Positions 62,720 through 64,000 of a DNA stretch of 64,000 bases are shown piece by piece. Under the pieces are notes generated by a model. That model ran no database searches. It saw nothing but the letters and a program-made list of their open reading frames with translations, and was not told where the DNA came from. The position numbers and the translations under genes were made by a program. Every line of letters begins with the position of its first letter. The stretch's first letter is position 1. The stretch comes from Methanomassiliicoccaceae archaeon (GTDB lineage Archaea > Thermoplasmatota > Thermoplasmata > Methanomassiliicoccales > Methanomassiliicoccaceae): positions 288,001 to 352,000 of the forward strand of contig CAVSJV010000005.1 of assembly GCA_963728405.1 (NCBI GenBank). The letters are read 5' to 3'.

Positions 62720-63031
62720 GTCGCCTATATCGTGGGTCTCGGGTCATCGAGCGAGGGCCTTGGTCAATAGGGATAGCAAGGAGCGGGCAGCGGTCGCTTT
62801 CTGGTGCAGGAGGGGGCCGCCCCTTCCCCCGAGCCGCGCAGGCGACAATAACAGGGGCCATCGAGGAGCCAAGGCCTCAGGGAGCACCAGGCCTCTCGCA
62901 ATGCTGAATGCCGATCGGACCGTAGAGCCACTTCGATCGCGTTTCACGAAGGAGATGGTGACCGTGGGGGTTCGTCATCCGGGACGAATGACGGAACGAC
63001 GTCGGGTGCCGTCGAATCCATCGAAGTGAGA
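62720..63031 (+). ncRNA. Candidate structured non-coding RNA (core domain 62720-62846); family not recognised
   Basis: Nested helices found by eye with G-U wobbles on the + strand, a TATA at the expected spacing, and no credible ORF. Confidence 0.5.
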
Positions 63032-63090
63032 AATCTCAGGATATCATTTATATTCCGCAATACATACCGATAGTCGACAAGGGATACGGA

Positions 63091-63283
63091 TTGGCGGAAG
63101 GAGCGGAGCTGAAGAAGGTTGTCGAGATGTTCGACCCTTTCGGACAGTCCGGTCACTGACCCGTCCCAGGCCTCCCGGACCATCACCTCCTATTACGATA
63201 AGGATGGTAAGCTGGTCAAGAGGGTGCTGGGCAAGGCGATGATCATGCGCTCGAAGGATGAGAACGAACTAGATGGCACTTAG
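63091..63283 (+). CDS. Small hypothetical protein (~64 aa, one frameshift near 63150)
   Basis: TTG-AEGAELKKVVEMFDPFGQ joins VTDPSQASRTITSYYDKDGKLVKRVLGK. TTTATA at ~63047. Confidence 0.4.
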
Positions 63284-63580
63284 CCCCCCTGTCCACCATA
63301 TACGTATAAGAAGAAAGCACTGGTAAGGGCCGGCGGGGCGGCGTATCCCCTTGTCACGATTCTTAGAAATATCCCGCCCTTCCGGCCCCCAGAAATAAAT
63401 GGTCGCTATAGCTGGGGGATGATAGATTTATTCATTTGTTAATAATTGATAATTCATATCCAACTCAACTATTCTTATTCGCATTTTACTGATTTCGTTC
63501 TTGATAACCAGGTCCGAACATGCTAGTTAAAGAATGTTGCCGAAATGACCGTTGCGAAAGCACAAGAAGGGATGGAGAAA

Positions 63581-64000
63581 ATGATGAACATAACTTTCGA
63601 AGAGTTTCTGGCGCTGGCAAAGAAATACCAAGCCCTGGGTTCCTCGACCCAGAACCTGCTGGAGGACATCCGCAGGGGGCCGTTCAGGGTTCAGGACGGG
63701 GTCCGGCTGAGGCAGCTGTACGATTTCCTGCTGGATATGCAGTTCGTTCAGGACGACAGGAGCGAGGTCCACGAGGTCGTGGCCGCGGTCGCGGGCGTTC
63801 TCGCCGAGTACCAGGATGAAGAGGAAGAGCGGATCGTGGCCGAGAAGTGGGTCCCTGAGAAGGGCTTCCCCGGCGCGACCCTATGGCTCCAGAGGGAGGA
63901 CGAGAAGTGGGCCATCGCCCCCTCGCCAAAGGAAGGCGCCTGCCTTGGCAAATGCGTCAAGGACCTGGGCTCGCACAAGTGGTTCGAGAAGCCCCTGCCC
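63581..64000 (+). CDS. Hypothetical protein, truncated by the window end
   Basis: Open frame MMNITFEEFLALAKKYQALG... to 64000, GGAGA SD, AT-rich promoter region 63425-63500. Alternative in-frame ATG at 63545. Confidence 0.6.
   Translation, partial: MMNITFEEFLALAKKYQALGSSTQNLLEDIRRGPFRVQDGVRLRQLYDFLLDMQFVQDDRSEVHEVVAAVAGVLAEYQDEEEERIVAEKWVPEKGFPGATLWLQREDEKWAIAPSPKEGACLGKCVKDLGSHKWFEKPLP

Noticed and set aside
62720-62846. 5S rRNA, SRP RNA, RNase P RNA or cobalamin riboswitch identity for the structured region
   Set aside because: The diagnostic conserved motifs are absent on both strands. A GGGAA..GCTGCCCGC likeness on the minus strand lacks the rest of the B12 element.
1-63300. Mass pseudogenisation or programmed frameshifting (about 20 split genes)
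   Set aside because: The breaks are 1-nt indels scattered through housekeeping and accessory genes alike (mre11, dcd, cob genes), with both halves conserved and no common slippery motif. This pattern fits long-read assembly error.
1-64000. CRISPR arrays, IS elements, rRNA genes
   Set aside because: I saw no regularly spaced direct repeats, transposase motifs or rRNA signatures by eye.

Overview
Archaeal chromosomal segment. The herA-mre11 pair, dph5, trm5, an intron-containing tRNA-Trp, the cbiS/cobY/cobT genes and TATA promoters point to Thermoplasmatota, probably Methanomassiliicoccales; this taxonomy is inferred and no methanogenesis gene lies in the window. About 20 genes, including housekeeping ones, are split by 1-nt frameshifts, best read as long-read assembly indels, so I report reconstructed gene spans. 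Layout: mre11/herA (1-2.8 kb); an atypical tRNA-Trp; a ~23 kb surface-glycan cluster (GT4/GT2 enzymes, flippase, polymerase-like membrane protein, PIG-L deacetylase, three GNATs, radical SAM, two beta-helix surface proteins); a compact ftsZ-like/dph5/trm5/dcd block; ilvE; a cobinamide salvage operon (btuFCD-cobD-cbiB-cbiS-cobS-cobY); a cardiolipin synthase relic; an unannotated envelope locus with a four-fold repeated polytopic membrane protein; a sugar-porter/GH15/sulfatase/ion-channel accessory region; cobT; an ApgM-like gene. The leading candidates for new biology are a TATA-driven, heavily base-paired intergenic RNA at ~62720-63031, the 4x-repeat membrane protein locus, the beta-helix domain family with apparently active and inactive copies, and the tRNA-Trp with C33 and no D-loop GG.
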